A model generated the notes under the pieces. It worked only from the letters and a program-made list of their open reading frames with translations. It did no database searches and was not told the origin of the DNA. Shown in pieces: positions 48,178 to 59,216 of a stretch of 64,000 bases of DNA (position 1 is the first letter of the stretch; each line of letters opens with the position of its first letter). Origin of the DNA: an uncultured Gemmatimonadales bacterium (GTDB lineage: Bacteria; Gemmatimonadota; Gemmatimonadetes; Longimicrobiales; RSA9); NCBI GenBank assembly GCA_963798085.1, contig CAWCRS010000001.1:352001-416000 (forward strand), in the 5' to 3' direction. A program made the position numbers and the translations under genes.

Positions 48178-51100
48178 TGCGTCGTCGCATACGCGGTAAC
48201 TCGAACGCCACCGCTCACACGCGAACCACAACCGCCATCCTGCTTGCCAGTGCGGTGGCTGCCATGGTGGCAACAACGCCTGCCACCGCCCAGCAGCGAC
48301 CACCCAAAGGCCTGGCCGAGAAGATGGTCGCGCCGGCGACGGCGCAGGCCAATGCGATCAAGGCACTGCACTGGCGTTCGATCGGACCGGCGAACATGGC
48401 CGGGCGCACGGCGGTGGTGCTGGGCACGCCGGGCGATCCCAGCACGTTCTGGGTGGCGGGCGCGGATGGCGGCGTGTGGAAGACCACCAACAACGCGACC
48501 ACCTGGCAGCCGCAGTTCGAGAATCAGGCGGTGTACTCGCCGGGCGCGCTCGCCATGGCGCCGTCGGATCACAACGTGATCTGGCTGGGCACGGGCGAGG
48601 GCGATCCGCGGAACAGTGCGTCGTTCGGCAATGGCGTGTACCGCTCGACCAATGGCGGCGACACGTGGAAGTATCTCGGCCTGGATGACACGGAGCGGAT
48701 CAAGCGCATCGTGGTGCATCCGACGAACCCCAATGTCGCGCTGGTCTGCGCGCTCGGCCATGCGTGGGGGCCCAACGAGATGCGCGGCGTATTCCGCACG
48801 ACGGATGCCGGCAAGACCTGGCAGAAGGTGCTCTATATCGATCAGGACACCGGCTGCTCCGACATTTCCATGGATCCGTCCAACCCGCGCATCCTGTACG
48901 CGGGCATGTACTGGCACCGGCGGCGGCCGTGGCGCCTCGACAGCGGTGGCAAGACCACGGCGCTCTACAAGAGCATTGATGGCGGCGACACGTGGGTGTC
49001 AATGCGCGGGCGGCCGGGCTACCCGACCGAGGCCATGGACCGCATCGGCGTGGCCGTGGCGCCCAGTTCGCCTAACACGGTGTACATGATCACCGAGACG
49101 CTGACGCAGGGCGAGCTGTTCCGCTCCGATGATGCGGGCGCGACCTGGCGCATGACGACGGCGGACCGCAACATCAACTTCCGGCCCTTCTACTATGCGG
49201 ACATTCGCGTCGACCCGTCGACGCCGGAGCGCGTGTACGCGCTTTCCGGCAGCCTGAACCGCTCCATCAATGGCGGGCACACGTTCCAGAACATCGGCCA
49301 GGGCGTGCACGGCGATCACCAGGCGTTCTGGATCGACCCGACGAACCCGAAGCGGCTGCTGAGCGGCAGCGACGGCGGCTTCCAGGTGTCGTGGGATGGC
49401 GGCGACAACTGGACCATCATGAACAACATCTCGTTCGCGCAGTTCTACCACATCGACTTCGACATGCGGCAGCCGTACTTCCTGTGCGGCGGCCTGCAGG
49501 ACAACGGCGACTGGTGCGGTCCCAGTCGCACGACCTACGGCGAAGGCATTCTCAAGGACGACTGGTACACGGTGCACGGCGGCGACGGCTTCTATTCCGT
49601 GCCCGTGCCCGATCAGCCGTGGATCATCTTCTCCAACTCGCAGGGTGGCAGCATTGACGTGATGGACCTGCGCTCGGGCAATTCGCGCTCCATCCATCCG
49701 GATCCGAACCGCGTCGGCTCCGCAGGCGATGCACTGGCCAGCCACAAGTATCGCTTCAACTGGGACTCGCCGATTCTGGTCTCGCCCAATGATCCGAAGG
49801 TCGTGTACTTCGGCGGTAATGTGCTGTTCAAGAGCAGCGACAGGGGCAGTCATGGACGATGATCAGTCCGGACCTCACGACCAACGACAAGAGCAAGGAG
49901 CTCTCCTCCGGCGGCGAGATCGTGACGACAACACCGCGCGGAGTTCCACTGCACCATCACCACGATTGCCGAAACGCCTGTTAAGGCCGGCGTCATCTGG
50001 GTGGGCACGGACGACGGCAACGTGCAGGTCACGCAGGATGGCGGGAAGACGTGGACCAACGTCGTCGGCAATGTGAAGGGGCTGCCGCCCAACTCCTGGG
50101 TTTCGCGCATCAATGCGTCGCACTTCAATGCGGGCACCGCGTACGTCGCAATCGACCGCCACCAGGAGAACGACTTCGCGCCGTACGCCTACATGACTGC
50201 AGACTACGGGAAGACGTGGACCGCGCTGCAGGCGGGCCTGCCGGCGAAGGGCTACGTGCACGTGGTGCGCGAGGACCCGAAGAATCAGGACCTGCTCTAC
50301 CTGGGCACGGAGCTGGGCGTGTTCGCGTCGTGGGACCGTGGCAGGACGTGGGCGGACATCCGCAACGGTCTGCCGCCCGTTGCCGTGCGTGACATCAAGG
50401 TGCACCCGCGCGACAACGACCTGATCATTGCCTCGCACGGCCGTGGCGCCTGGATCATCGACGACATTGCGCCGCTGCAGAAGCTGACGGCGGCCATGGC
50501 ACAGGACGCCTACCTGTTCGACCCGAGGCCGGCCGTGCGCTGGACAATGTGGAGTCGCGCGGCCGCGCGCGGTGCCGCCACGTGGCAGGAAGACAATCCG
50601 CCGGATGGCGCATATCTCAACTTCTACCTCAAGACCGCGGCGCCGGTCGAGATCGCGATCAGCAATGCGCGGGGTCAGCCGGTGCGCAACCTGCGCGCGA
50701 ACGCGGGCGCCGGCGTGAATCGCGTCGTCTGGGATCTGCGCTACGTCAATCCGGGCGCCCGCGGCGCGGGGCCTGGTGGAGCGGGCGGTGGCGCAGGCGG
50801 CGAAGAAGAGGGCGGCGGCGGGCGAGGCCGTGGGGGACGTGGGGGTGCGACGCCGTACGTCGTGCCCGGCGACTACACCGCAACACTGCGCGCCGGCGGT
50901 CGCGAGCTGCACACGAGTTTCCGCGTGGAAGCGGATCCGCGCGTGCAGACCACACTCGCCGACTATCAGGCGCAGTATGCCTCCGTCCTCGAGTTGCAGG
51001 GTCTGGCCAATCAGGTGAACGACATGGTGACTCGAGGCGACGACATCAAGCGCCAGCTGGTGGACCTGGAGCAGACCATCCGTCGGAATCCGGGTTCGGT

Positions 51101-51431
51101 GCCGGGCGCCAATGCCAGCCTGGTCGCGGATCTCAAGGTGGCGCAGGAGAAGCTGGCGGTGATCGTGGACAGCACACTGCGCCGGCCTCCACCCAACATG
51201 GGCTACCGCCAGTATCCTCGCCTGCGCGAGGAGCTTAACTCGCTGCTAGGCGGCATCGCGCGCTCGCCCACCGCGCCCACAGACCCGCAGAAGACGCGCT
51301 CCGGCGAACTGCGCACCGAAACCGCGCAGGCAGTCGCCGCATTCAATGCGTTCGTCGAGCAGACGATTGGAGCGATTAACCGTAAGCTTGGGGGAGCGCC
51401 GCGCATCGTTACGGGGCGCTTGATCAGCTGA
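48174..51431 (+). CDS. Secreted BNR/VPS10 glycosyl hydrolase-like protein (frameshifts ~49850-49930)
   Basis: GAGGAGG RBS; WRSIGPANMAGR; Asp boxes; GGLQDNG; ASHGRGAWIIDD. Confidence 0.88.
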
Positions 51432-51453
51432 GTGTCGGACCCCGGGAACCAGT

Positions 51454-51615
51454 AACGGCGTTGCTGGGGCTGGGGCTCGGGCTGGCGCTGGGAGCTACGG
51501 AATCAACGGATTGAACTGCGTTGCCGGGGCTGGTTGCTTGGGCTGGGGCTGGGGATTACGGATGAACGGATTGAACTGCGTTGCTGGGGCTGGCTGCTCG
51601 GGCTGGTTGCTCGAA
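51454..51615 (+). repeat. Cluster of GTTGCTGGGGCTGG repeats
   Basis: AACGGATTGAACTGCGTTGCYGGGGCTGG occurs twice, plus further copies. Confidence 0.75.
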
Positions 51616-51635
51616 CGCTGATGGAGATCGCGAGA

Positions 51636-53747
51636 ATGAAAGCTGTGATCCGTTATCCGTTGACAATACTGCTGTACCTCGGCGCGATTCTCTGCGCGCT
51701 CACGCCCTCCGCGGTGAGAGGCCAGTCGGGGAGGATGGTGGACTGGCCGGTGTATGGCGGCAACACGGAGCACACGCATTACTCGACGCTGGCGCAGATC
51801 ACGCCGGCCAACGTGTCGGCGACCTGCAGGTGGCGTGGACGTACGAGACGCACGACGAGTTCCACGGCTCGGAAATGCAGTCCAACCCGATCGTCATTGA
51901 TGGCGTGCTGTACGCGGCCTCGCCGAAGATGCGGGTGTTCGCGCTCGATGCGGCGACCGGGCGTGAGCTGTGGAGCTTCAACCCGAACAACGGTGGACCG
52001 ACCACGCGCATCCGTTATCGCGGCGTGGTGGTGACCGGCGACCGGGTGCTCTTCAACTATCGCAACAGGTTGTTCGCGCTGGACCGGAAGACGGGGCAGC
52101 CGATTCCTTCCTTCGGCGACAATGGCGTGGTCGATCTGCGCGAAGGGCTGGGGCGGCCAGTCGATAACGTCTCGGTGAGCGCGAGCACACCGGGCGTGGT
52201 GTTCGAGGACCTGCTCATCATGGGCAGCACCGTCAGCGAGTCACTGCCCTCCTCGCCCGGCGACATCCGCGCGTACGACATCCACACGGGCGCGCTGCGC
52301 TGGTCGTTCCACACGATTCCGCACCCGGGTGAGTTCGGCTACGACACCTGGCCGCCGGATGCGTGGAAGGTGTCCGGGGGCGCGAACGCGTGGGCAGGCG
52401 TCACGGTCGATGTCGGCCGCGGCATGGTGTTCGCCGCCACCGGCTCTGCCGCCTTCGACTTCTATGGCGCCAATCGCATCGGCGATGACCTCTTCGCCAA
52501 CACACTGCTCGCGCTGGACGCGCGGCACGGGCCGGCGCATCTGGCACTTCCAGGCGGTGAAGCACGACTTGTGGGACTGGGACTTCCCGGCCGCGCCGGC
52601 GCTGGTCACGGTGACGCGTGATGGCCGCCGCGTCAATGCCGTCGCGCAGATCACCAAGTTCGGGTACGTCTACGTCTTCGAGCGCGAGACCGGCAAACCG
52701 CTCTTCCCCATCGAGTACCGCAAGGTCCCGGCGTCCACGCTGGACGGCGAGAAGACCGCGGAGACGCAGCCGTATCCGGTGAAGCCGCCGCCGTTCATAC
52801 GGCAGCAGCTCACGGAGGCCATGCTGACCACGCGCACGCCGGAAGTGCATGCGGCGGTGCTGGAGACGTTCCGCAAGTACAGCACGGGCATGTTCCAGCC
52901 GCCGGATCTCAAGGGCAACATCATCTTTCCGGGCGTGGACGGCGGTGGCGAGTGGGGCGGCCCCGCTTTCGATCCGGAGACGGGTCTGCTCTACGTCAAC
53001 GCCAACGAGATGCCGTGGATCCAGCGACTCGTGCCGCGCAGCAACAAGTCGCTGTACGCCGCGAACTGCGCCAACTGTCACGGCGATGATCGCAGGGGTT
53101 CATCGCAGTCGCCATCGCTCATCGATGTGGGCGCTCGCCACACGCGGGAGGAGCTGTCGCAGCTGATCCGACAGGGCACCGGGCGCATGTCCGGGTTTGC
53201 GGGTGTGCTCGACAACAATGGCGTGAACGCGCTGATCCATTACCTGCTCACCGGGCAGGACATTGCGGACTCGGTGGTGAGCAACCCGAACTACCTGAAA
53301 TACCGCAGCACCGGGCTCGACATCTTCCTGGCGCCGGACAGTCTGCCGGCGATCACACCGCCCTGGGGCACGCTCAACGCCATCGACCTGAACCGGGGCG
53401 AGATCCGCTGGTCGATTCCCTTCGGCGAGTATCCGCAGCTGGCTGCGCAGGGGATCCACGACACGGGCACGGACAACTACGGCGGCGCCATTGTCACGAC
53501 TAACGGCCTGTTGATCATTGGCGCCACGACCTACGACCGGAAGTTCCACGTGTTCGACAAGCGCACGGGCCGGCTGCTCTGGGAGACGCTGCTGCCCGCC
53601 TCCGGCAACGCCACGCCCTCGACCTACATGGTGAACGGGCGGCAGTACATCGTCATCGCCTGCGGTGGCGGCAAGAACGATGCGGCCTCGGGCGGCACCT
53701 ACGTCGCGTTCGCGCTGCCCGCAGGCGCCGGCAACCGGCCCCGCTGA
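51636..53747 (+). CDS. PQQ-dependent dehydrogenase (glucose/quinate type) with internal cytochrome c (frameshifts ~51815, ~52527)
   Basis: DWPVYGG...[57 protein letters not shown]. Confidence 0.88.
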
Positions 53748-53831
53748 AGTGCAGGCGAAGGCGCCGGTCACGGGACGGGAAGCGTCGCCTGCAATCCGTG
53801 TGCCGCCGCGTCCGGCCCTTCTAACACACTG

Positions 53832-54626
53832 TCAGTCGAGAAACCACTGCAGCGAGAGGTTCACCTCGGTCTGGTAGATGGCGTGCACGCCATCGAACTC
53901 GTCGTACTGCACGTCGTAGCCATCGTCGCGCAGAGCCGGCACGAGCTGGCGTGAGATGTCGACGGGCAGCACGTCATCCGCGGTGCCGTGCGCAATGAAG
54001 ATGCGGGGCTGCCCCCGCCACTGGTCTTCCACCAGATAACCCGGCGAGTACGCGGCAATGTGGGAGAAGAAGTCGCCGTTCACGAGTCCGGCGGAAAGCG
54101 CGTAGGAAGCGCCGTCGGAGAAGCCGAACAGGCCCATGCGGTCGGTGCGCACGGAGCAGCGTGAGAAGGTCTGCTCGAGCGCGCGGCCGATGAACTCGAT
54201 GTCGGAGCCGGGTCCGAAGCGGGGCACGATCCAGGTGTTGCCGCGTGATTCGGGGGTGAGCATCAGGCAGCCGAACGCGTCCGTGCTCGCGGACATGGCC
54301 GCCACCGAGTCCGCGCCGTGGTAGGCGCCGTGCAGCATCACGACGAGCGGTCTGGGTGTGCCGTGCACGTAGCCGGGCGGGACATAGAGAAAGCCATCCC
54401 GGCCGCTGCTCAGGTTGAGGCGGTAAGTGCCGGGCGTGACGGTACTGGTGGGTGCGTGCGGCTGCACGGTGAGGCGAGGCGAGCCTTCGTCGCCCACATC
54501 CGTGGTGCTGCGACAGCCTGCGAGCGCGGCCAGGGAGCAGCCCGCGCCCAGCAGCCACTGGCGGCGCGTGATCGGTCCGGGCGTGCGCGAATCGACGGGC
54601 TGTGCCCGGCCCTGTGCGGTCTTCAT
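53832..54626 (-). CDS. Tat-exported lipoprotein phospholipase/carboxylesterase (alpha/beta hydrolase)
   Basis: TRRQWLL twin-Arg plus LAGC lipobox; LHGA, GFSDGAS, HGTADDVLP, FDGVH. Confidence 0.88.
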   Translation of the reverse strand: MKTAQGRAQPVDSRTPGPITRRQWLLGAGCSLAALAGCRSTTDVGDEGSPRLTVQPHAPTSTVTPGTYRLNLSSGRDGFLYVPPGYVHGTPRPLVVMLHGAYHGADSVAAMSASTDAFGCLMLTPESRGNTWIVPRFGPGSDIEFIGRALEQTFSRCSVRTDRMGLFGFSDGASYALSAGLVNGDFFSHIAAYSPGYLVEDQWRGQPRIFIAHGTADDVLPVDISRQLVPALRDDGYDVQYDEFDGVHAIYQTEVNLSLQWFLD

Positions 54627-54842
54627 GTGTGAACGATCCGGCGAGGTGGCGCGCGGGACAATGATAGTGGCAGCGCGTCCGTCCCGGCGACCCCGCCCTT
54701 CGTCCCATGGGGCCGGGTGGCGCGGCAGCGGCCGGCTGTTGTCGGCAACCGGGCGGGCGCGCACTTTTGTGCGCGGGGTCACCGGGCCGCGCCGACGAAC
54801 GGCGAGGCCGGCGCGTGGCTCCGCTCCCAGGCGAGGTGACCC

Positions 54843-55538
54843 ATGAGAAAGTACGGCGCAGAGTTCGTCGGCACGTTCTGGCTGGTGCTCGCGGGCTGCG
54901 GCAGCGCGGTGCTGGCGGCCGCGTTTCCCGGCGTGGGCATCGGCCTGCTGGGCGTTTCGCTCGCGTTCGGCCTGACCGTGCTGACCATGGCGTACGCGAT
55001 CGGTCACATCTCCGGCTGCCACCTGAATCCCGCCGTCTCAATGGGCCTCTGGGCGGGCGGCCGCTTCCCCTCTAACCAGCTGTTACCCTACATCATCGCG
55101 CAGGTGCTGGGCGGCATGGCCGGCGGCGGCGTGCTGCTGGTCATAGCCAGCGGTCATACCGGTTTCGACGTGTCCGCCGGTTTCGCATCCAACGGCTACG
55201 GCGAGCACTCGCCGGGCGGCTACTCGATGCTCGCGGGCCTGGTGAGCGAAGTCGTGATGACAATGATGTTCGTGGTAATCATCATGGGCGCGACCGACAA
55301 GCGCGCGCCGCAGGGCTTCGCGCCCATCGCCATCGGCCTGGGCCTCACACTGACCAACCTGGTCAGCATCCCCGTCACCAACGCATCCATCAATCCCGCG
55401 CGCAGCACCGGCGTCGCCGTGTACGTGGGCGGCTGGGCACTCGCCCAGCTCTGGCTCTTCTGGGTCGCGCCCATCGCAGGCGGATTGATCGGTGCGTTTG
55501 TCTATCGGTTTGTCGCGGGTGGGAAGGACTCGGCGTGA
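54843..55538 (+). CDS. aqpZ: Aquaporin Z
   Basis: [51 protein letters not shown]. Confidence 0.95.
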   Translation: MRKYGAEFVGTFWLVLAGCGSAVLAAAFPGVGIGLLGVSLAFGLTVLTMAYAIGHISGCHLNPAVSMGLWAGGRFPSNQLLPYIIAQVLGGMAGGGVLLVIASGHTGFDVSAGFASNGYGEHSPGGYSMLAGLVSEVVMTMMFVVIIMGATDKRAPQGFAPIAIGLGLTLTNLVSIPVTNASINPARSTGVAVYVGGWALAQLWLFWVAPIAGGLIGAFVYRFVAGGKDSA

Positions 55539-55539
55539 G

Positions 55540-55594
55540 AACGGCGTTGCTCGGGCAGGTTGCTGGGGCTGGTTGCCGGGGAACGACTACGGAT
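55540..55594 (+). repeat. GTTGCTGGGGCTGG repeat family member (inverted relative at ~55748-55810)
   Basis: AACGGCGTTGCTCGGGCAGGTTGCTGGGGCTGGTTGCCGGGGAACG. Confidence 0.7.
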
Positions 55595-55849
55595 GCACGC
55601 CAATGAATGGATGGAAGCGGACTTCAACATCACACGACGGCCGCAGCGGACACGGAGGGGCGCGGCGTCAGCGTGGGGGCGAAGTGAGTCGATGTTCGGG
55701 AACGGATGTCAAACAACGGTGCCGGTCAGTACCCTCCCGGGCCGGCGCCAGCAACGCGGTTCGAATTCGTTCAAGATGTTCCCAGCCCGAGCCCCGGCCC
55801 GAGCCCCAGAATCGCCTCACAAGCTTCCTCCAGCGATGTCGCCAGAAAG

Positions 55850-55884
55850 AAAAACCGGAGCAGCGTCGTCACTGCTCCGGCTTT
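55850..55884 (-). terminator. Intrinsic terminator of the M28 peptidase gene
   Basis: CCGGAGCAG-loop-CTGCTCCGG stem with TTTTTCTTT on the minus strand. Confidence 0.8.
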
Positions 55885-55912
55885 CGCCGCAGGTCGCCGC
55901 GCTGTTACGGGG

Positions 55913-57610
55913 TTACTGCACGCAGCGGCCGTGCGGGTCGGGTTTCGGCTGATCGACGACGACGCGGTGATCGAGATTGGCTACGGTCTCCGCCACATCA
56001 TGCACCAGCTGGTCCACCCTCGCCATGTGTGCATAATCAATGTACTGGGCCTCGTCCGTCAAGCGGTGGTAGTCCGGGTGCAGCCCTGTGGTGAAGAAAG
56101 TGATGGGGATGCCGTAGCGGGCGTAGTTGTAGTGATCGCTGCGGCAGTAGATGCGCTCGGGGTGGCCGTTGGCGTCGAAGGTGTAGTCGAAGGTGAAGGG
56201 TGACTTCTCCTTCTTGTTCACGGCCTCGACAATGTCGCCCAGCTCGGTGGAGAGCCGGCGTGAGCCCACGAGCTGCAGGTAGTTGGGCCCGCCACCCTTG
56301 AGATCGGCGGCATCGCCGCGGCCCACCATGTCCATGTTGAGCTGCGCGACAATGGAGTCGCGCGGCACGGTGGGATGGTCGGTGAAGTACTCGGAGCCGT
56401 AGAGGCCCAGCTCCTCCGCCGTGTGCCAGACGAACAGCAGCGAGCGCTTCGGCTTGACCGCCGCCTTCTGGAACGCCTCCGCGATCTCGAGCACGGAAAC
56501 CGAGCCGGAGCCGTCGTCGTCGGCGCCGTTGTTCACGGAATCCATTCTTGCGGGCCGGATGCGGTGCAGGCTGTCCACGTTGATGTGGATGGCGGCGATC
56601 TGGTCGGGCGATGGCCGTTCTCCCTCCGGCAGGCTGCGCTGCAGCTTATCGAGTGCAAAGAGGTACGCGCGCAGCGAGTCGTGATCCACCGCGGGTGTGC
56701 GAATGCCGATGTGATCGTTGTGCGCGCCTATTGCGACGTACTCACTCTTGAGCTTCGCATCACTGCCCTGGATGATGGCGACGACGTTTCGTCCGGGCGC
56801 CTTCTCCTCGTTGATGATGATGCGGCCGCTGACGTTCTTGCCGTTGGTTCCCGGGTCCAGCGCATCGACCGGCCGGCCGAAGATGGCCGCGGCGACATTG
56901 GGCGAGATGGTGACCGTCGCGTCAATGGGGTCGGGCGGCGAGTCGGGCTTGAGTGTCACGCGACCACCACCGCCGCGGCCGCCGAAACCGCCAAAGCCAC
57001 CGCCAATGTTGCCGACCGTGGCGACAGCGACGGCCGCTTTCGCGATGCCTTCGGGGACGGGTGCGCCGCCGAAGCCGCCCCGGCCTCGTCCGCCGCCACC
57101 ACGACCGCCGCGGCCGCCCTGTGGCGTCGGCGGGCTGAAGACGACGATTTTGCCGGTCGCCTGCTGCGCCGTGATCAGTACCTCGTCTCCCAGCTTGCCA
57201 CCGTAAACCGCGGGTGCATTGAACGGCTTCACCTCCGCGCCGCGATCGAAGGCAGTGAAATCGGTACCGTAGTGGAATGCCTGACCGTCCACACTGAGCG
57301 TGGAGCTGGCTGCAATACTGCGGCGCACCATGGGCACGTCCTGGAAGAACGTGCCGTTGTCGCCGGCGGGCTGCAGACCGATACGTTTTGCTTCCGCCGC
57401 GATGTACGCGGTGCCCTTGATGTTGGCCTCGGTGCCGGCCTGGCGTCCGAGCATTGAGTCCGCGGCCAGGATGTAGAGCCGCGTCTTCAGGTCGGCGGCG
57501 GTAATGGCCGCGGTGGTCTGGCCGGTTGCGGGCGAGGCTGCAGCCATGGGTAGCGCGCAAAGTCCGGCAGCGATGAGAGCCATGCGGGAATGGCGTCGTC
57601 GTTGAATCAC
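55913..57610 (-). CDS. Secreted M28 family aminopeptidase with PA-like insert
   Basis: GAHNDH, NGADDDGSG, AEELGL.GS, LNMDMVGR, RSDHY, HPDYH. Confidence 0.93.
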   Translation of the reverse strand: MIQRRRHSRMALIAAGLCALPMAAASPATGQTTAAITAADLKTRLYILAADSMLGRQAGTEANIKGTAYIAAEAKRIGLQPAGDNGTFFQDVPMVRRSIAASSTLSVDGQAFHYGTDFTAFDRGAEVKPFNAPAVYGGKLGDEVLITAQQATGKIVVFSPPTPQGGRGGRGGGGRGRGGFGGAPVPEGIAKAAVAVATVGNIGGGFGGFGGRGGGGRVTLKPDSPPDPIDATVTISPNVAAAIFGRPVDALDPGTNGKNVSGRIIINEEKAPGRNVVAIIQGSDAKLKSEYVAIGAHNDHIGIRTPAVDHDSLRAYLFALDKLQRSLPEGERPSPDQIAAIHINVDSLHRIRPARMDSVNNGADDDGSGSVSVLEIAEAFQKAAVKPKRSLLFVWHTAEELGLYGSEYFTDHPTVPRDSIVAQLNMDMVGRGDAADLKGGGPNYLQLVGSRRLSTELGDIVEAVNKKEKSPFTFDYTFDANGHPERIYCRSDHYNYARYGIPITFFTTGLHPDYHRLTDEAQYIDYAHMARVDQLVHDVAETVANLDHRVVVDQPKPDPHGRCVQ

Positions 57611-57848
57611 GATCGTGCTCCGGTTGATGTAAGGGGTGTACCTGCTGACGCACGGGCCGCCCCTTTCGTTGACAACGGCTGGATCGTGCGACGCTTTGCG
57701 CAGCCCCTGGCGGACGCCCTGACTGGCGGCGCCCTCGCCGCCGAAACCGTACCCTTTCCCGCTGTACACACGGCTGGCGTTTGGCTACCTTCGGACCCCG
57801 TCCGGCAGGGGTTCGCCGGGCGTGTGATCCCCACAAGGAGCCCGAAAG

Positions 57849-58718
57849 ATGCAATCATCCGCGCGGCGCCGGGCGGTGGCGCTGCTGATGCTGGTCGTCC
57901 CGTCCCTGGCCCTGCCCCGCGCTGTGCGTGCACAGGATGCCCCGAAGAAGCCATGGTCGTTCACGGGCAAGTTTACGACCGTCTTCACGGCGGGCAATTC
58001 CAGCTCCAGCACGTTCGGACTGGGCACCACGCTGGCGCACGCGCGCAAGGACAACGAGCTGAAGTTCGAGGGCGGCGGTATACGCACGGAATCGGGTCAG
58101 ACCACGCGTCGCGCCGTGGGCACGCCGACCTCCTACCAGCTCCAGGAAAACACCGTCTATCAGAAGACGGCCGAAGCCTATTATCTGCGCGCGCGCAACG
58201 ACCGCCACGTGAAGGACGGATTCATTGTCTTTGCCGGCGTGGACTGGCTGCGCAACACGTTCGCCGGCATTGACAGCCGCTTCCTGGTCGCGGCCGGCGC
58301 GGGCAATGTCTGGGTGAACACCGACCGCTTCCGCTTCAAGACCGACTACGGCGTGACCTACACCTTCCAGCAGGACGTGGTCACCAATCCGTTCATCAAG
58401 CAGAACTTCCCGGGCGTGCGCGCTTCCTACGAGCTGATGCGCCAGGTCACGGCGTCCACCAAGCTGGAGAGTTCGCTCACCGCCGACCTCAATGTGAACC
58501 ACACGAAGGACGTGCGCGGCGACTGGACCAACGCCATGACCATCGCCATTAACAAGGCGTTTGCGTTCCGGCCCGGCCTCGAGCTGCTCTGGCGCAATGA
58601 CCCGGCGCTCAAGGAGGTCGATCTCTTCGACACCGCCGGCAACGCCAACGGCAAGGTGCTCGTGCCCCTGCAGAAGACCGACTCCTTCTTCACCATTGCC
58701 CTCGTCGTGACATTATAG
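57849..58718 (+). CDS. DUF481-like outer-membrane beta-barrel protein
   Basis: AAGGAG RBS; signal peptide; TAGNSSS.T, TAEAY, FAGIDSR..AAGAG. Confidence 0.8.
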   Translation: MQSSARRRAVALLMLVVPSLALPRAVRAQDAPKKPWSFTGKFTTVFTAGNSSSSTFGLGTTLAHARKDNELKFEGGGIRTESGQTTRRAVGTPTSYQLQENTVYQKTAEAYYLRARNDRHVKDGFIVFAGVDWLRNTFAGIDSRFLVAAGAGNVWVNTDRFRFKTDYGVTYTFQQDVVTNPFIKQNFPGVRASYELMRQVTASTKLESSLTADLNVNHTKDVRGDWTNAMTIAINKAFAFRPGLELLWRNDPALKEVDLFDTAGNANGKVLVPLQKTDSFFTIALVVTL

Positions 58719-58747
58719 CCGCGCGGCAAGACGGCGGAGTGCAGCCA

Positions 58748-59116
58748 ATGACAGAAGGCGAACAGGCCACGATCACAGCCGTGCAGCGCTTCAATGATGC
58801 CTTCGGCCGTCGCGATGTGGACGCGATCATGGCCGCCATGACGGATGACTGCATCTTCGACAACACGCGACCGTCGCCCGATGGCACGCTGGTCAGCGGC
58901 CAGGCCGCGGTACGCGCCACATGGGAGGAATTCTTCCGGCGTTCACCGCAGGCACGCTTCGATACGGAGGAGATCTTCGCTGCCGGCGACCGCTGCGTCG
59001 TTCGTTGGGTCTACCACTGGCTGCGCGATGGTCAGCCCGGTCATGTGCGCGGTGTCGACATCTTCCTCGTGCGCGACGGACGCGTCGCGGAGAAGCGTTC
59101 CTATGTGAAAGGCTGA
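58748..59116 (+). CDS. SnoaL-like NTF2 protein
   Basis: FNDAF.RRDVDAIMA.MTDDC.F, GDRCVVRW, RGVDIF.VRDG.VAEK.SYVKG. Confidence 0.9.
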   Translation: MTEGEQATITAVQRFNDAFGRRDVDAIMAAMTDDCIFDNTRPSPDGTLVSGQAAVRATWEEFFRRSPQARFDTEEIFAAGDRCVVRWVYHWLRDGQPGHVRGVDIFLVRDGRVAEKRSYVKG

Positions 59117-59216
59117 TGCCGCTCGCCTGCGCTGCCACATGCGCCACCAGCAATGCCACCAGCCCGGAACCCCCGGCGGGCCGCTGTCCTCGAACCAAGC
59201 CTCTCAGGTAACTGCG

